A DNA stretch of 64,000 nt, taken from assembly GCA_010015805.1 (NCBI GenBank), contig ML978139.1, positions 186,001-250,000 of the forward strand. Direction: 5' to 3'. The position numbers and the translations under genes are program-made. This document shows positions 34,661 to 47,022 of this stretch, piece by piece. Numbering within the stretch: the first letter of the stretch is position 1; each line of letters opens with the position of its first letter. The notes under the pieces are model-generated. The model saw only the letters and a list, made by a program, of their open reading frames with translations. It was not told the origin of the DNA and searched no databases. The DNA is from Rhizodiscina lignyota. Lineage: Eukaryota.

Positions 34661-35025
34661 GAGAGGGTTAGTAGAGCAGGAACATGGCACGCTCTTTGTC
34701 TCTCCTCAGGACGAGTACAAAGCTACGTCCGGCGCTCTCACTCTCAAACCGCGTATGTGGGAAAGAGTGGGCCTTGGCTAAGATGTTCGTCTCCTGAAGC
34801 ACCGAGGACAACACATGTCTAACTTACGAACGGTCCAGGGTCGGCCTGGGACAAATCTGATTCATGACGAGGACAGAATCGAGTCTTGCTGGAATCGATT
34901 GTATATATCGACAATGTACATAAGAGAAAGTGTATCATAGCAAGTCATTTACGCCAAACTCCAGCCAAATGTCCCAACCGTTCATAGTTTTTCCTCTCGC
35001 TCAGGAGACGGAGAAATGTCGACTT

Positions 35026-37188
35026 TCAGAACCCGCCAGCTCCCCTGACTCTCTGAATCGCACCGACAACTCCCTTCGCCCATGCAAAGTGGCCTGGGTC
35101 CTTGCCAATCGCACCATCAGCTTCATTGCCATTCTCGTCACGCCAGACACCGTCTTCCTGGGATCCTTTGCCGTAGAGATGCGTGTTCTCATTCCTTCTA
35201 ATGCCCTCCAGCCATGCGGCACAGATTGTGGGTGAGTCGATCATGATGTTGACTTCCTGTGAGTGGTAGAAGGATTGCGTGTCCAGGTTACCGTTTCCAG
35301 CGATGCCAACGTGGCCATCGATGACCATGATTTTGACTGTCCTTTGTGTCAACTTTTGCGTCTTCAATCAATGCAACCAAATGGAAACCTACTGTGACAG
35401 CTGCGAGCCTTGAACTTGTTATGTATCGGTCGATCCTGGTCCTTGCCGACGTAGTAATGTACGTTAAGATATTGCTTGTGTTCATCATCGAGCTTCTCAT
35501 ATAGCTTTGCCGCGACCATTTCGTTGTGGCCACCTTGATGGGGGAGTAGCTCTCCCGCGTCGTTGTAGCCAAGGCAGACGTAGTAAGTCACCTTTACACC
35601 CCTCCGTGCCGCATCAAGGATTTCCGGGAGGAGGGGCTCGGCATTGAGATCAGGGGTCTGCATGAAAATCTCAGACTTTGCATAGCGGATTGCGGAGAGC
35701 CATGCTTCTGACTGCGGTGTGAAGCAGCAGTTGTGGTTCGGCGCACCCCATGGCTTACGGTTGACAAGAGCAATTGGGAATGGCTTATGCGGCGCGTGCG
35801 GGAGGATTGGCATAAAAGTATCTGATGGATCACATGGTGGAGCAGTTGGCTTGCGGTCTTGGCCAGTCGTTTGATCTGAGGAATGAAGTCAATAAGTCTA
35901 TCGGGAGTAACAATCCACGACACCAACTTACTCAGATGTCTTGCAACAACGTCCGAGACAGTCTCTCCATCCCTTGGCTGCATGGTTGAACGGACGCGCG
36001 TGACCTCAGAAGCAATATCTGGATCGTAGTGTGGATCTCCTTGAAGGTGCTCGGGCAACTGAATAGATGCAGCATGTTCCTCCTTGAGGATGCCATTCTC
36101 GTCGAAGAGATTTTTGAAGCTCTCCTGCTCGAATGTTGGCAGCGTTTTGAGCTTAGTAGAAGGCGACAAGCACGGCAAAGTGGGCTCGAGTGGTGAATGC
36201 CATGATAGTATGAACGTATCATAGAGAGAATCGACGATTGGACCTTCGACGTGGACCCTACAAACTATGTCAGTCTCTTTGAATAGCCACCCGAATCGCC
36301 TGCAGGGATATCTAACATCATTTCGAGATTATCGTTGTCCTGGATGTTATTACTGCTGACGATGCCGTACGCCCTGTCCACAATCATGAACTTGGAATGG
36401 AAAGTTCCCAGCATTGGCCTGTGGTAATTGACGACTTGGAGATCAATATTTGGGATCTCCTCCTTTGAAGGAAGTTCAACACTCTTTCCGGTGTACGCAG
36501 ACTCCGGAACTGCTTGATGAGGATCCACAAACTACCTGGACATTAGCAATCGAGAGAACAATCGGAATCTCTTCAACCATACCTGTTTGAGATTACCACG
36601 GTCGTAAATTATTTTGACTACGGCTCTTTCGCCCCTCTCGCCTGCACGTTTTGACAGCTCCTTCAGGGCATCAGTTATCAGAGTGGATGCCCGGGACTTC
36701 ATCCAGAAATTGGTAGCCAAGCAAACTTCTTTCTCGGCACGAGCGATGAGATTCGACTTTGGGATCACATCAGCAATTGTTGCGGTCTCCAACATGTATA
36801 TACTTACCATGTGTCGGCAAATGTCATGCAAGTCACCTATTATCGTCAAGGGCACAACACCAGACGACCCCATCAAGGGCGGCGACACGCAGCCCATGAA
36901 TAGATCATGCTCGAGTGTCGTTAATGCATCGTGGTAAATGCGGAGGAACAGTTCACTTGGCCTCGTATCTCCGAATCTTCCGCATTGATAGGCGCGCTCG
37001 AGGTCTTCCTCCGATGCTGGAGTTCGTTCTTTCGGGGGTTGCTGATCCAGGAGTTTGGGTTTGTTGTGACCGAAGAGTGCATGGATGGCTTTCTCAGGTG
37101 TGAGGGATGGGTCTTTGGAAAGCTCTCCGAGGACACTGCTGTCACCACGACATAGATCGTACAGCTTGTCAGAGATGCGTGTAGCCAT
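35026..37188 (-). CDS. Phospholipase D/nuclease superfamily protein with two HKD motifs, about 629 aa
   Basis: Exons 36808-37188, 36583-36756, 36317-36531, 35932-36257, 35393-35875, 35026-35336. HKD motifs FHSKFMIVD...SSNN and CH|IKIMVID...GNGNLD. Confidence 0.85.
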
Positions 37189-38014
37189 GGGGGCCGATGA
37201 GGCCTTTCGAGAGGCCTTGGAAGAGATTGCAAGTAGGACTGCTGGTATACAGCACAAAGAGATGTTGTTAATGCTTGAATCTTCCGATATGCGAAACACT
37301 AGAGAAGAACGAAGAAATCCATGTAAGAAGAGTCGCAAATGGGAGAAGGAATGGGTTATTACGAATGCTAGCCCTAATACGTGGTTGGCTCCTCCGCAAT
37401 CAGGGACACGCGACACGCCAGCCTGGTTATGAGCTCAGCGTCCCAGCCTTTCAACAGCACTCACGGAGCGAAGCCATCTTAGCCTTGCACCTGCACGAAG
37501 ACGCGACTGGCCCCGCTAACGGCACGTCATCGTGGGAATTGTGCGACGCGCGCGAGCTTGTGCGAGCTTGGCGGATCTTGATTCAAACAAGCTTTCGAGC
37601 TCGGGACCCCTGCAAGTGCTCTTCCATCGCCACATCCATGCTTGCATGACGTCTCTTGCCCGCGCGTTCGGACGCAGGATTGGCCTCGCCCTCTTTAGGG
37701 CAAGCTCCATAGCGTACTCCGTAGACAATCTTATATGAGAGCGATGTCCCTTCAACAAGTCTCACACTTGAACTTCTTGAGGGCGACCTTTCTCCGGAAG
37801 GAAATTTGTTAGTCCCCGAACGTTGGTCGGCGATGACACGCCGGGACCGCTATTCTGGGCATTAGTAAGTAAACGGAGCAAGTACTCTCTAGTCAATGGA
37901 AAGGAGCGCTTGTACAGAACAAGGCGCATTTTAGTCTCTCTTGTATATCTCCCTCTGGCCCTTCTAAAACTTCATTTCGTTCGAAGTTTCTCTTGTCAAC
38001 TCGAAACCTGAGCG

Positions 38015-39028
38015 ATGGCAGACTCTTCATCTTTGCTACCTCGCTACGATCCCTTTACGATTAAAAGTGTAGTTTACAAGACCGTCGGCTCTCATCCGAT
38101 CCAAGCTTCAATCCTCATTCCACATGGCCTCAAGCTCACGAAGTGCCCCTTGATGGTGCGATTTCACGGTGGTGGATTCGTTGAAGGCGTTCGCCTCGGT
38201 GATTGGTTCCGCACATGGCTTCTGGATTTTTGTGCACGAGAAGGAGTCATTCTCGTCAGCCCAGACTATCGTTTCATTCCCGAATCCACAGGATATGATA
38301 TGATGGAAGATGTCCGGGACTTCTGGATGTGGGTTAAGATGCATCTCAAAGATGAGGTAATAAACATTTTGCCCATCGATATTGATCTGGACCGAATTGC
38401 TGTCACCGGTGAGAGCGCTGGAGGTTACCTTGCTGTTCAGTCCTTCTGTGGGCCAAATATACTACCACAAGGGCTCACAATCCGCGTTGTGCCTATTCAA
38501 GCGCCTCTGCTTGATCTCACACACGCGTCTCAACCAGCAAATCGCCGTATTTTCGACCTGCCTGAATATCCGGCAGACATATCGAAGAAGTACCTCACGG
38601 AATCACCTCGAGGCACAGTCCTTACTTCCTGGGAGCCTAGTGGCAGGCGATCTGAACTGGCTTGGTCGATGTTGCAACATGGCACACTCGTGGATGCGCT
38701 TGAGGGAACTTTGGATGGAGATGAACGAGGAAAGAAACGAAGTAATATTGAGCGATCATTGCTTCGTCCGATTGAGAATTTAGTGAGACTCAAGGAGTCT
38801 CCACCAAACAAGTTTCCGGCAATATGGATAGTCCATGCATGGCAGGACTGTGTCGTGCCCGTGGAAGGGACGTGGAACTTTCTGGCTCAGTATAAGAAGC
38901 TGTTTCCGGATGTTCCTGTCTTGTTGGACCTACTCGATGGGGACCATGGTTTCGATGGCGAGTGGCCGTCGGATTCACCGCAGGTGGAACGGGGATTGGA
39001 GTGGACAAAGAAGCATTGGTTTGACTGA
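38015..39028 (+). CDS. Alpha/beta hydrolase (HSL-like esterase), 337 aa
   Basis: HGGG oxyanion motif, PDYR, GESAGG nucleophile elbow, D in WQDCVVP and H in GDHGFD. Confidence 0.88.
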   Translation: MADSSSLLPRYDPFTIKSVVYKTVGSHPIQASILIPHGLKLTKCPLMVRFHGGGFVEGVRLGDWFRTWLLDFCAREGVILVSPDYRFIPESTGYDMMEDVRDFWMWVKMHLKDEVINILPIDIDLDRIAVTGESAGGYLAVQSFCGPNILPQGLTIRVVPIQAPLLDLTHASQPANRRIFDLPEYPADISKKYLTESPRGTVLTSWEPSGRRSELAWSMLQHGTLVDALEGTLDGDERGKKRSNIERSLLRPIENLVRLKESPPNKFPAIWIVHAWQDCVVPVEGTWNFLAQYKKLFPDVPVLLDLLDGDHGFDGEWPSDSPQVERGLEWTKKHWFD

Positions 39029-39713
39029 ATACTTAGATATCCCGTCTTCCTTCTCGCAGATCTAATTTGGAAGCGTGCGGATGCCCTCAACGGCGCACGA
39101 TAATTCAGCTGCAGAAAATGCGAAATGAGACATTCAACCCCAGATTTCATGATTTAACAATCTCATCAGACACGTCGGAAATAACGACTAGGATTTACTT
39201 GATCCGCCAGGGGTATTCCGACTCCTCTCGGAAGTGCCGAGAAGTTCCGTACAGCTCGTAAAAGGATGTTCTCCTTTCAGGAACACCACCACACAGTCAT
39301 CACTGCGGCCATCACAGCGAAGCTTAGGCCTTCTTTAATCGATCTAGGCACTCGGAGAACGCCACGTGCAAGAAGAGGGCAAGGTGGGCGGAAATGCACC
39401 TACAGATTTAGCCGTGATGTATGACGTCGGTAAAGAGGTGCTGAACTCAAATTTTCGAGCTTGGGTTCTCCGCTTTGCGAACTGCTTTCCCCGCAAACAT
39501 CTGCAAGGAACGACACCGGTTCCCCAATAAATTCATTCAATTGCGCGGTAAGAATACCGGCCAAGCTGTGGAAAAGCTTGTAGAACCTGAAGGTATAAGT
39601 AAGCGTTCCGTAAATCCCAGTTTCCTGGTCTCTCGTCGGCGAGGTTTTTCTCTCTCGTAGCGATTCAAGACAACCAGCCTCGACGGTGGTATATGTAGTT
39701 GAAGCAGTTCAAA

Positions 39714-40847
39714 ATGACATCAAGCATCATACCAGTAGATCTGCTCGCAGCAGCTACGAACCTCAATTACTTTCCTTCCATCCTTCCCGCCACTGAGCCC
39801 ACGATCACACTTCTTGCTTACCAGGAGTCCTTTGCTACCGACCTCCTAGGGCCCAATGTCACCGCTCGCAAGGTCTATGATCTGCCATGGCAGGCCTTCC
39901 ACGAAGGCGGCGTGTACCAGAAGTCTACGAACTCAATGTACATCGCCAGCAACTGGGCCGGCTCGCTCGACAACCCAGTCAACATTACCATTATCGACAT
40001 GGCAGACCTGAGCCTCACCTCTACGCGCTATGAGGGTCTGTACGAGGCAAATGGTGGCACAACGTGGTATCCACCTGGAAGCGACACGTCCGGCACGCCT
40101 CCAGCGATGCTGTGGTGCGATGAGGGTGACTTCACGCATCCCTCTGGCCTCGTGAGCGTCGAAGTCCCGTCAAACGAAACCAAACCCGTCGTTAGCTACT
40201 TCCTCGGCCGCAATTTCTCATCAGTCAACGATGTCCGCCAGCACCCTATCACCGGCGACATCTGGTTCACCGACGCCGACTACGGATTCTTCCAGTTCTT
40301 CCGCCCGACGCCAACGATCCCGAAGCAGGTATACCGATTTGAGCCAACCACTGGTATCATCCAGGTCGTTGCAGACGGCTTCGATGAGTCCAATGGTTTG
40401 GAGTTCAGTCCCGATTTGAAAACACTCTACGTCACGGACACCGGCGCCCAGCACTTCGGACCGAACCAGACGCGGCCTGCGACGATCTACGCGTTCGACG
40501 TCACGGAAGACATGAAGCAGCTGAAGAACAGGAGGACGTTTGCGTATGCAGACTCGGGCTTTCCGGATGGCATCCATTGCGATACTGAGGGCAATGTCTG
40601 GAGTGGCTGCGGCGATGGCGTCCATGTTTGGAACACTGATGGCATCCTACTCGGCAAGATACACCTGGGAGAGACGAGCAATAACTTTGCGTTCTACCCT
40701 GGCGGCATGCTGGTCTTTAGCAATTCTAGAATGTGGCAAGTCAGTGGTATCAAGGCTGTTGGAAGGGAAGTCTGCAAGGACTTTGGAGTCTGCGATGGCA
40801 GCACTGGTGGCATTGGATGGGGCCAGGGCTATAAGGGCCATTGGTGA
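39714..40847 (+). CDS. SMP-30/gluconolactonase-family beta-propeller lactonase, 377 aa
   Basis: Motifs FHEGGVY, FSSVNDV, IWFTD, NGLEFSPD, LYVTDTG, GFPDGIHCDTEGNVW. Confidence 0.88.
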   Translation: MTSSIIPVDLLAAATNLNYFPSILPATEPTITLLAYQESFATDLLGPNVTARKVYDLPWQAFHEGGVYQKSTNSMYIASNWAGSLDNPVNITIIDMADLSLTSTRYEGLYEANGGTTWYPPGSDTSGTPPAMLWCDEGDFTHPSGLVSVEVPSNETKPVVSYFLGRNFSSVNDVRQHPITGDIWFTDADYGFFQFFRPTPTIPKQVYRFEPTTGIIQVVADGFDESNGLEFSPDLKTLYVTDTGAQHFGPNQTRPATIYAFDVTEDMKQLKNRRTFAYADSGFPDGIHCDTEGNVWSGCGDGVHVWNTDGILLGKIHLGETSNNFAFYPGGMLVFSNSRMWQVSGIKAVGREVCKDFGVCDGSTGGIGWGQGYKGHW

Positions 40848-42199
40848 GAAATGTACATAATTGATTGGGGAATTTGTACATATCCGCAGAATGCTGAAGT
40901 GGTGCAATTGTAGAACTGAACGGAGCCTTTACATTGAAACTCCGAATATTGCCTGAATGCACAGGTCACGCTCGTGCTGTCGTCTCCACTGAGCACTTAC
41001 CTTGAACTACTATTTCTTCACGAGAGCCGTTTCACAATAGCGCTAGCGACAGGGGCGAATCGAGTGGTGCATCCGCATGCAATCCGATCATGGTAGTAAG
41101 AGCGGCACTACTGTAACTCCATAGCGATAAAGCAACGGAAATACTTCTCACCAAGACCGACGCCAAAAGCACAGAGAGGGGGTCGCATGTCTCGCATCCC
41201 CATCGACGAGGAAGTCCTTGCGCTGGTGTAATTTCGATCAACGCCCGGATCCACACCCGCCCACGTGCTCATGTTACCCATTCAGGAAGCTGTTATAACC
41301 AACCTTGAAGCGAACCCCTTTAACGTCTCAAACGTCAACCGCAGCCCCGATCACGATTTGGTGGCTTTGTGTGGCGGTGCTCTCTTTGCTTTTGGAAATC
41401 TGCGGCGTAAGAAGCAGTGAGAGCTCACGAGATGATTGAAGAAGAGGAGTCATCTTGTCAGAATTATTCATTTAAATTCTCTTCCACTGATGCATATCTG
41501 GTTCTTCCAAATGTGATCCAACCATGACAGCACGCGCTCCCCGAAACCCCATATCCCATTCCCAGTCCTTCGCCCAACCCAACAGACAGTAGTCCATTCC
41601 ATTTTCGAGCAAGTTCCAAGCGCAATAGGCACTTATTCTACAATAATTGAGCAACAAACGCTGCATTAAGCTATTCACCCAGACAAGGCTTTCTTTACTA
41701 CGCCGTCAATCCCCATGCTAATAGAAACGCGAAGCATAAAACAGTAGAAAACTTGAAAAGTCGGTGCCGCCAAAGAACAGAAGAGTAAAATCCAGCGCCG
41801 GTGTATCGGCGAAGTCGGAAAAGTGTGTCGAGACGTGGTGTCAAGACGTGGTATCGAACGGTACTTTCGGAAATTCTAAACATGTCGCTGTTGTCGTACT
41901 TTGTACAGAGAAGGATGAGAAACGAAACCCGTCGTGAAGTGTGTTTTAGGCGTGTATGTGTGGCGGACACCGAAATGGCCCTTTAGAGAATTGGGGCCTG
42001 TGGAAATAAAAAGGTTGAATTGGTCTCCAAGACCAGCAAATTACGCCGGATTCCGCTATGCAGGACAGATGCTGAGAATGCTTTCAATTCGAACAAGCGA
42101 GTGTGAGACGCGAAGGGATGTAATTCATTGGACATCTTCGCGTGACGTTTCGGGTGCGTTTCTATTGTAGAGTGCGAAATTAGTGCAGATGCGTCGTGA

Positions 42200-44408
42200 T
42201 TAACCGGCTTGACAGTTGTCGACAAAGGAATTTTTCGGCCAGTCGTAACCCGTGTTTTTCCTGCAAAGAAGTGAGTAACTGGACAATAATGATTGAAGAT
42301 TTGAGGGGCGCACCAGAGCGTCACATTGGGATTCGTATACACATCCATGTGGTCCGAGATGTACTGCGTCGTCGGATATCCAGGCGGATCGCAAGTCATC
42401 AATTGGTTGTCTTCGTCTTGGTAGATTCTGATGTAGTCGATCCTCATTGTCGCTGGCATAAGCGGGCCCAAACCGGTGAGATTCAGTGATGCAAAACCAT
42501 TGGACATGCCAAAGTTTAGAACAATCGCCATCGGCTCTTCAGGAATCACACGTTGTCCGACATTGCCATTTGGCCGTATCGCGCGAGCGTCCAGCGTCCA
42601 GGTCTTGTCTTGACCGACATACCAAGTCACATAGCCACTACCACCAGGCTCGTATTCAAAAGCATACGCTTGGTATTCTTTTCCGTCGTACCAGTCGTTA
42701 TTGAGATTCGTAACGACCGATGCGGCTTGCTGGAAGACACCTCCTTGGTAGCCGTTGACATTTGAGATGGTTGGGTCGTAAAGCTCTATGAACTCTTTTC
42801 ACACATCAGCTACAAATCATGAATGGTTTAAGATTATGGTGCTTACCGGGATCAGGCCGCCACATCAGATCAAATGGCGCAAACTGAGCGGATTGAGAGG
42901 CAGATCCAACACCTGCGCCGGCGGGAGGATCCAAAAACCCAACGGACGCTTCGAGCGCGTCAAGTTCGGGAGCGCTCCGCGATTTTCCAGGATTTGGATG
43001 ATCCTCGCCTACACATGTACATGCGGGCAACCTCATCCCAGGCAAAGAACTCAAGCCGTCGCCTTGACTCTGGTTCGCGGTGATGCCATAGTCACAGTCA
43101 TCGTGATAGCTGTATGGCCAAAGGCCATCGGTTGTCGCTGCGTATCCGGGTCGACCCAGATTACCCATGGCCCATACACCAGGCCAGAATCCGATGGTGT
43201 CGCCTCGTCCAGGAAGTGAGACACTAGCTTCCATGTGACCGCCCTTGAAGCACAACATATTCCACGATTGTATCATGCCAGATCGGTAGTTGAGGCCGTG
43301 ATTTTGGAAGGCATCAAATCTGAGGGTCATGACGCCATCCTGCGTAGTTACTGCATCGGGGTCGTACCACTGAAAACTGTGAGCATTGAAACCATATCCG
43401 AAACTTCAGGCAGAATTACCTCCAAATCCTGTGTCACGCCATACCACAGATCCATAGCCTGAAAATACGGGTCATCACCCTCGTAGAACGTCCTCCCGTC
43501 TGTGTTGAACTCGTCTGAGAAGACAAGTGTCTGCTTGGTCCCAGTTCGTGTAGTTCTTGACTTGACAGAGTCGGGCGTTGTTGGGTCGATAAGGCTCTTT
43601 CGGAGGTTCTTCATCAGAGGATACTTGTCGCTGATACAACTAGGATCTTGCGCGCATGTTGTCCCTCCTGGATTGGTATATTGTGATAGCCATGAGCTGT
43701 GGAACGTCAGTATTGGCTCCAAAGAAGCTAAGCGAACGCAAATTAATGGACGTACTAAACTGGGTATCCGACGAAGAGCGCTAATATTCCGAGTATGATC
43801 AGTCCCAATCCTCCAGTATTGACGATTCCTCGCGAAGAAAATATGTCGCACTCGTTCTTGTCCTTCTCGTTCGGGTCTGGATTGTGTAACCAGTCATCTT
43901 TCTCCACGTCCTCAGGGAAAAGCAGAAGACCAGCCGACGGAAGAATGTTGAATTTCTCAGACACAGTCTGAGTGTTCAAGCCTTCATCATCACTACTTCC
44001 CGCCCTTGACGGTGCTCTCGAATCGTCGAATGGCGATACGAATGGCCCCCGACTATCTCGACTGTGCTCAGAGCTCCAACTTGTCCGTCGCGAATCGCCC
44101 CCGTAACCAGACGGTGTAGGGGATCGAGAGTTCATTGGCGATTCGGCATCTCTGTATCTTCTCGAGCGTGATTTCCCCTTGGGCGGAAGTAGGAGCTCTG
44201 TGGAATCGGCCACTTGACTGTTTGTTTGCCCGTACACGCCGTTTCCCCCCGAACCATTTCGGATCGATGGTGTCAACGACCTTTCAGTATTAGACCTTGA
44301 ATAGCCTGGTCGCTGCTCTTGCGAGGTTTGTCTTAGTAGGATATTTTCCGTTCCCGAGTTGAGTCTGATGTGAGGCATCGTGCCTCGCGGTGGTGAAGGA
44401 GATGTCAT
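42200..44408 (-). CDS. KRE6: Beta-1,6-glucan synthesis-associated KRE6/SKN1 (GH16-like) type II membrane protein, about 664 aa
   Basis: Exons 43756-44408, 43420-43696, 42847-43369, 42314-42794, 42200-42260. Motifs EKDDWLHNPDP, a TM segment, LVFSDEFN, DLE|WYDP, GFWPGVW, APELDALE (ExDxxE), IPEEPM. The start could instead be ATG 44378. Confidence 0.92.
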
Positions 44409-45705
44409 TGTGGCGGAGAGAGAACGGGGAAAGCGGAGACACCCGCGAGCCCCTCGTTTCTAAAGGTTGCACTCAATGTCTTGAATATGCTGAAGGGCTC
44501 GTGACGTTTGAGGGGCTCGTTGCCGGTCAATGTCGACGCGGAAGGCTGTACTTGAGGTTCTGCCCCTGGAGACCGCGTTTTGTTTGGGGCGAAGACACCA
44601 ACGCAGCGGCGGCACAGTCGATGAAAGGAAGCCAAAGGTGAACGCTCAATCGAAAGGAAAGACGCCTGCGTGGTGTGAAGGGAGCGCTTCGCGAGTAGAT
44701 TGAAGCACTGCACTGAAGCAACGTTGTTTGGTTGCTGTGCAGCTTCTCGAGGTGCGTCGATGGCGCGTCTGGACGATGCGGTGCTAGCGAGGACGACGGC
44801 ACGCGGTATCGAGGGCGAGAACGAGGAGTCGCGAAGCAGTCGGCGATGAAGGAGCGAAGAGCGGATTGAATGGCGAATTCGAAAATGTTGGTCAAGTCCG
44901 CAGTGCAGCAACTAGTTGCGCGGCGAAGGAACGATTGAGTAGGCCGCAGCAAAGCCACGCCCAGGGGCCAAGCACCCTCAAGGTTCGGGCGGCAAAAGGA
45001 ACCCTCTGCACGGAGGCACCGTGCGCGCACCCATTTTTCATTACGGAGCGCGACTATCTCAAATTCTGCTTCATTGAAAATCCCAGCTGCCTATGAGAGG
45101 CGGTGCGCGACGCTCTGCCATAATCTCCTTTCCTGTGGACGTTTCGTTTCGTCAAACGTCTGCTCCAGCTTCCATAGGCCCTCAGCTAATGCGACGGGCC
45201 AGCCGAACCCTGCCAGGCACCAATTAATCAGGATGCTTTCGATGAGACTTTCATGCGCGGCCAATTACACCCAAGAATATGGATCTGGGTGGATCGTTCG
45301 CCTTCTAGCCTTCTTCTCCCACTTCCAGGTGTGCAGACTGCAAGCACACGGCTGCTTCTCCAAATTATCTTGTATTTTCCATCTCGTTCTTGTTTTTCGG
45401 GACCTGCATATGCACCTGGTTGCCACGGCTGATCGCTCCTGTCTGCGCCTGCAGAGCTTACGCACACCAGCAACGCGCCGACACCACCGACAGGAGTGAG
45501 GGGAGCCATGCTCACTCGCCAGTGTTAGCTTTCCATATCGATGGGGAAAAGAATAGAAGTGCTTCGGAATTCCCTCATCACTTCCGTACCTATTAAGGGT
45601 ATCTATGCATCAATCTTCGTCGAAAATATCCATCTCGAATCAGTCTCACCCAGCCACGCCATCCATGTCCCGACCTCGAACACAGATCGCAAGCATTCTG
45701 GCACC

Positions 45706-46285
45706 TCAAGATTCTACGGACTTGGCTTTCAGCCCCACGATCCTTCCTCCCTTATCGTCTACGCTGACGATGTAGTACTCTGATCGTGTGCCGCCCAGAT
45801 CCACGCGGAAGAAGCCTACATCCCCACTGCCTGCGCCCTTCACTGCATCCACTACCTTCGCGTACTCTCCACGAGGGTCAAAGTCTTTGTGCTTTACGGC
45901 TGTCACATCTCCCTTTGTCTGTATGAGCTTCGCAAGATCATCTGGGCTAGACGTTAGACTTTCACATTCAACCCATCTGTGCCAAGCTCGCATAGTTCAC
46001 GCGTGCCTGGAGTTTTTGATCGGGAACGAAACAATTTCTGACGACAAACATGGCATGGTTCCACATACCTTCCGAAGGCAGACCTTTTCCATCCCACTTC
46101 AGACTAACAGGCTGGAAAGGCTCGTCCGCGTCTGATACATAGTATTCGTCCACTTCCTGTAGCGCCTTTGGCACCTCTGTATTGACCGATTGTGTTCCCA
46201 CAGATTTAGTAGTCGCGGGCTTGCTGCCGCCAAGGTCTTGGTTCGCTTTGTCGAGGAAGGCGGCATAATCTTCGTCGGACCCCAT
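45706..46285 (-). CDS. Small conserved-type fungal protein, nuclease A inhibitor (NuiA)-like, 150 aa (209 aa from upstream ATG 46462)
   Basis: Exons 46069-46285 and 45706-45941 (intron GTATGT...CTAAC...CAG). Segments YVSDADEPFQPVSLKW and FFRV...EYYIV...IVGLKAKSVES* resemble recalled NuiA segments. Confidence 0.75.
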
Positions 46286-47022
46286 GGTGCGGTTGCGATT
46301 GCAAAAGAGCGCCGAAGGAGTGTGTAGGCGTCGGAGGGTTCGAATTTCAGGCGCAGGTGAGAGTGAGGCGCGATGCTGCGAGATGTGCCGGACGTGACAA
46401 GCAAGCGTCCCTAGTTGCAATGATGTAATCCTGAGAGCTCTGATAGTTCTCAGGTGTCGCATGGCATGTGTGAAGGTGCGCTGTCACTCATCCTCCACTC
46501 AGCTCTTAGAATGTTGATCAGACGGAACGCGTTTTGGTGGCGCGTTTCATGACGTACGCGACGCACGTGATTTTTCGGATGGGCTTCAAGATCGACGCCA
46601 AGGACGGAACGCCAAGAGATGGGCTGAAGCCACAGAAAAACTCCCCGAGCGTAAACTCTTGGCTATGGCTTCGAGTCAGCTGCTCAGAAACCAACCTAAT
46701 TAGGATCTCAGGACAGCTACCCCATCATCGTTACCGTCTTTGAGACAGTGTTTATCACGATCTAATCCTCTCGGATGTCTCAGGCGACTATCGTAGGCAC
46801 AAAGCTCAGTATCAAAGAGAAGAGATTTCTTCCAGACGAAAGCTGTGGTAGACGACTTGTCACTACAAGTGGCAGAATTTCGCACATCGTTTTCCATTTT
46901 TGCTCATTTACAACGCGCCTCCTTATACATCTCTCTTCTAATATTGTGAGGGCCTCAGACTTTGTTCATTCAGCGTCTTGTCTCTCTTCCGTCGTATTTA
47001 AGCGTACCGTAGCGCCTCACGC

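Noticed and set aside
37189..37416. 76-codon upstream extension of the PLD-like ORF
   Set aside because: It starts at GTG, and ATG 37188 (CCC-ATG-GCT) is adequate. Nothing independently supports the extension.
44405..45030. 167-168 aa minus-strand ORFs upstream of KRE6
   Set aside because: No domain features and GC-rich 5' leader composition. More likely a long UTR or promoter.
46335..46352. GGTTCGAAT resembling a tRNA T-loop/B box
   Set aside because: No cloverleaf or A box nearby.
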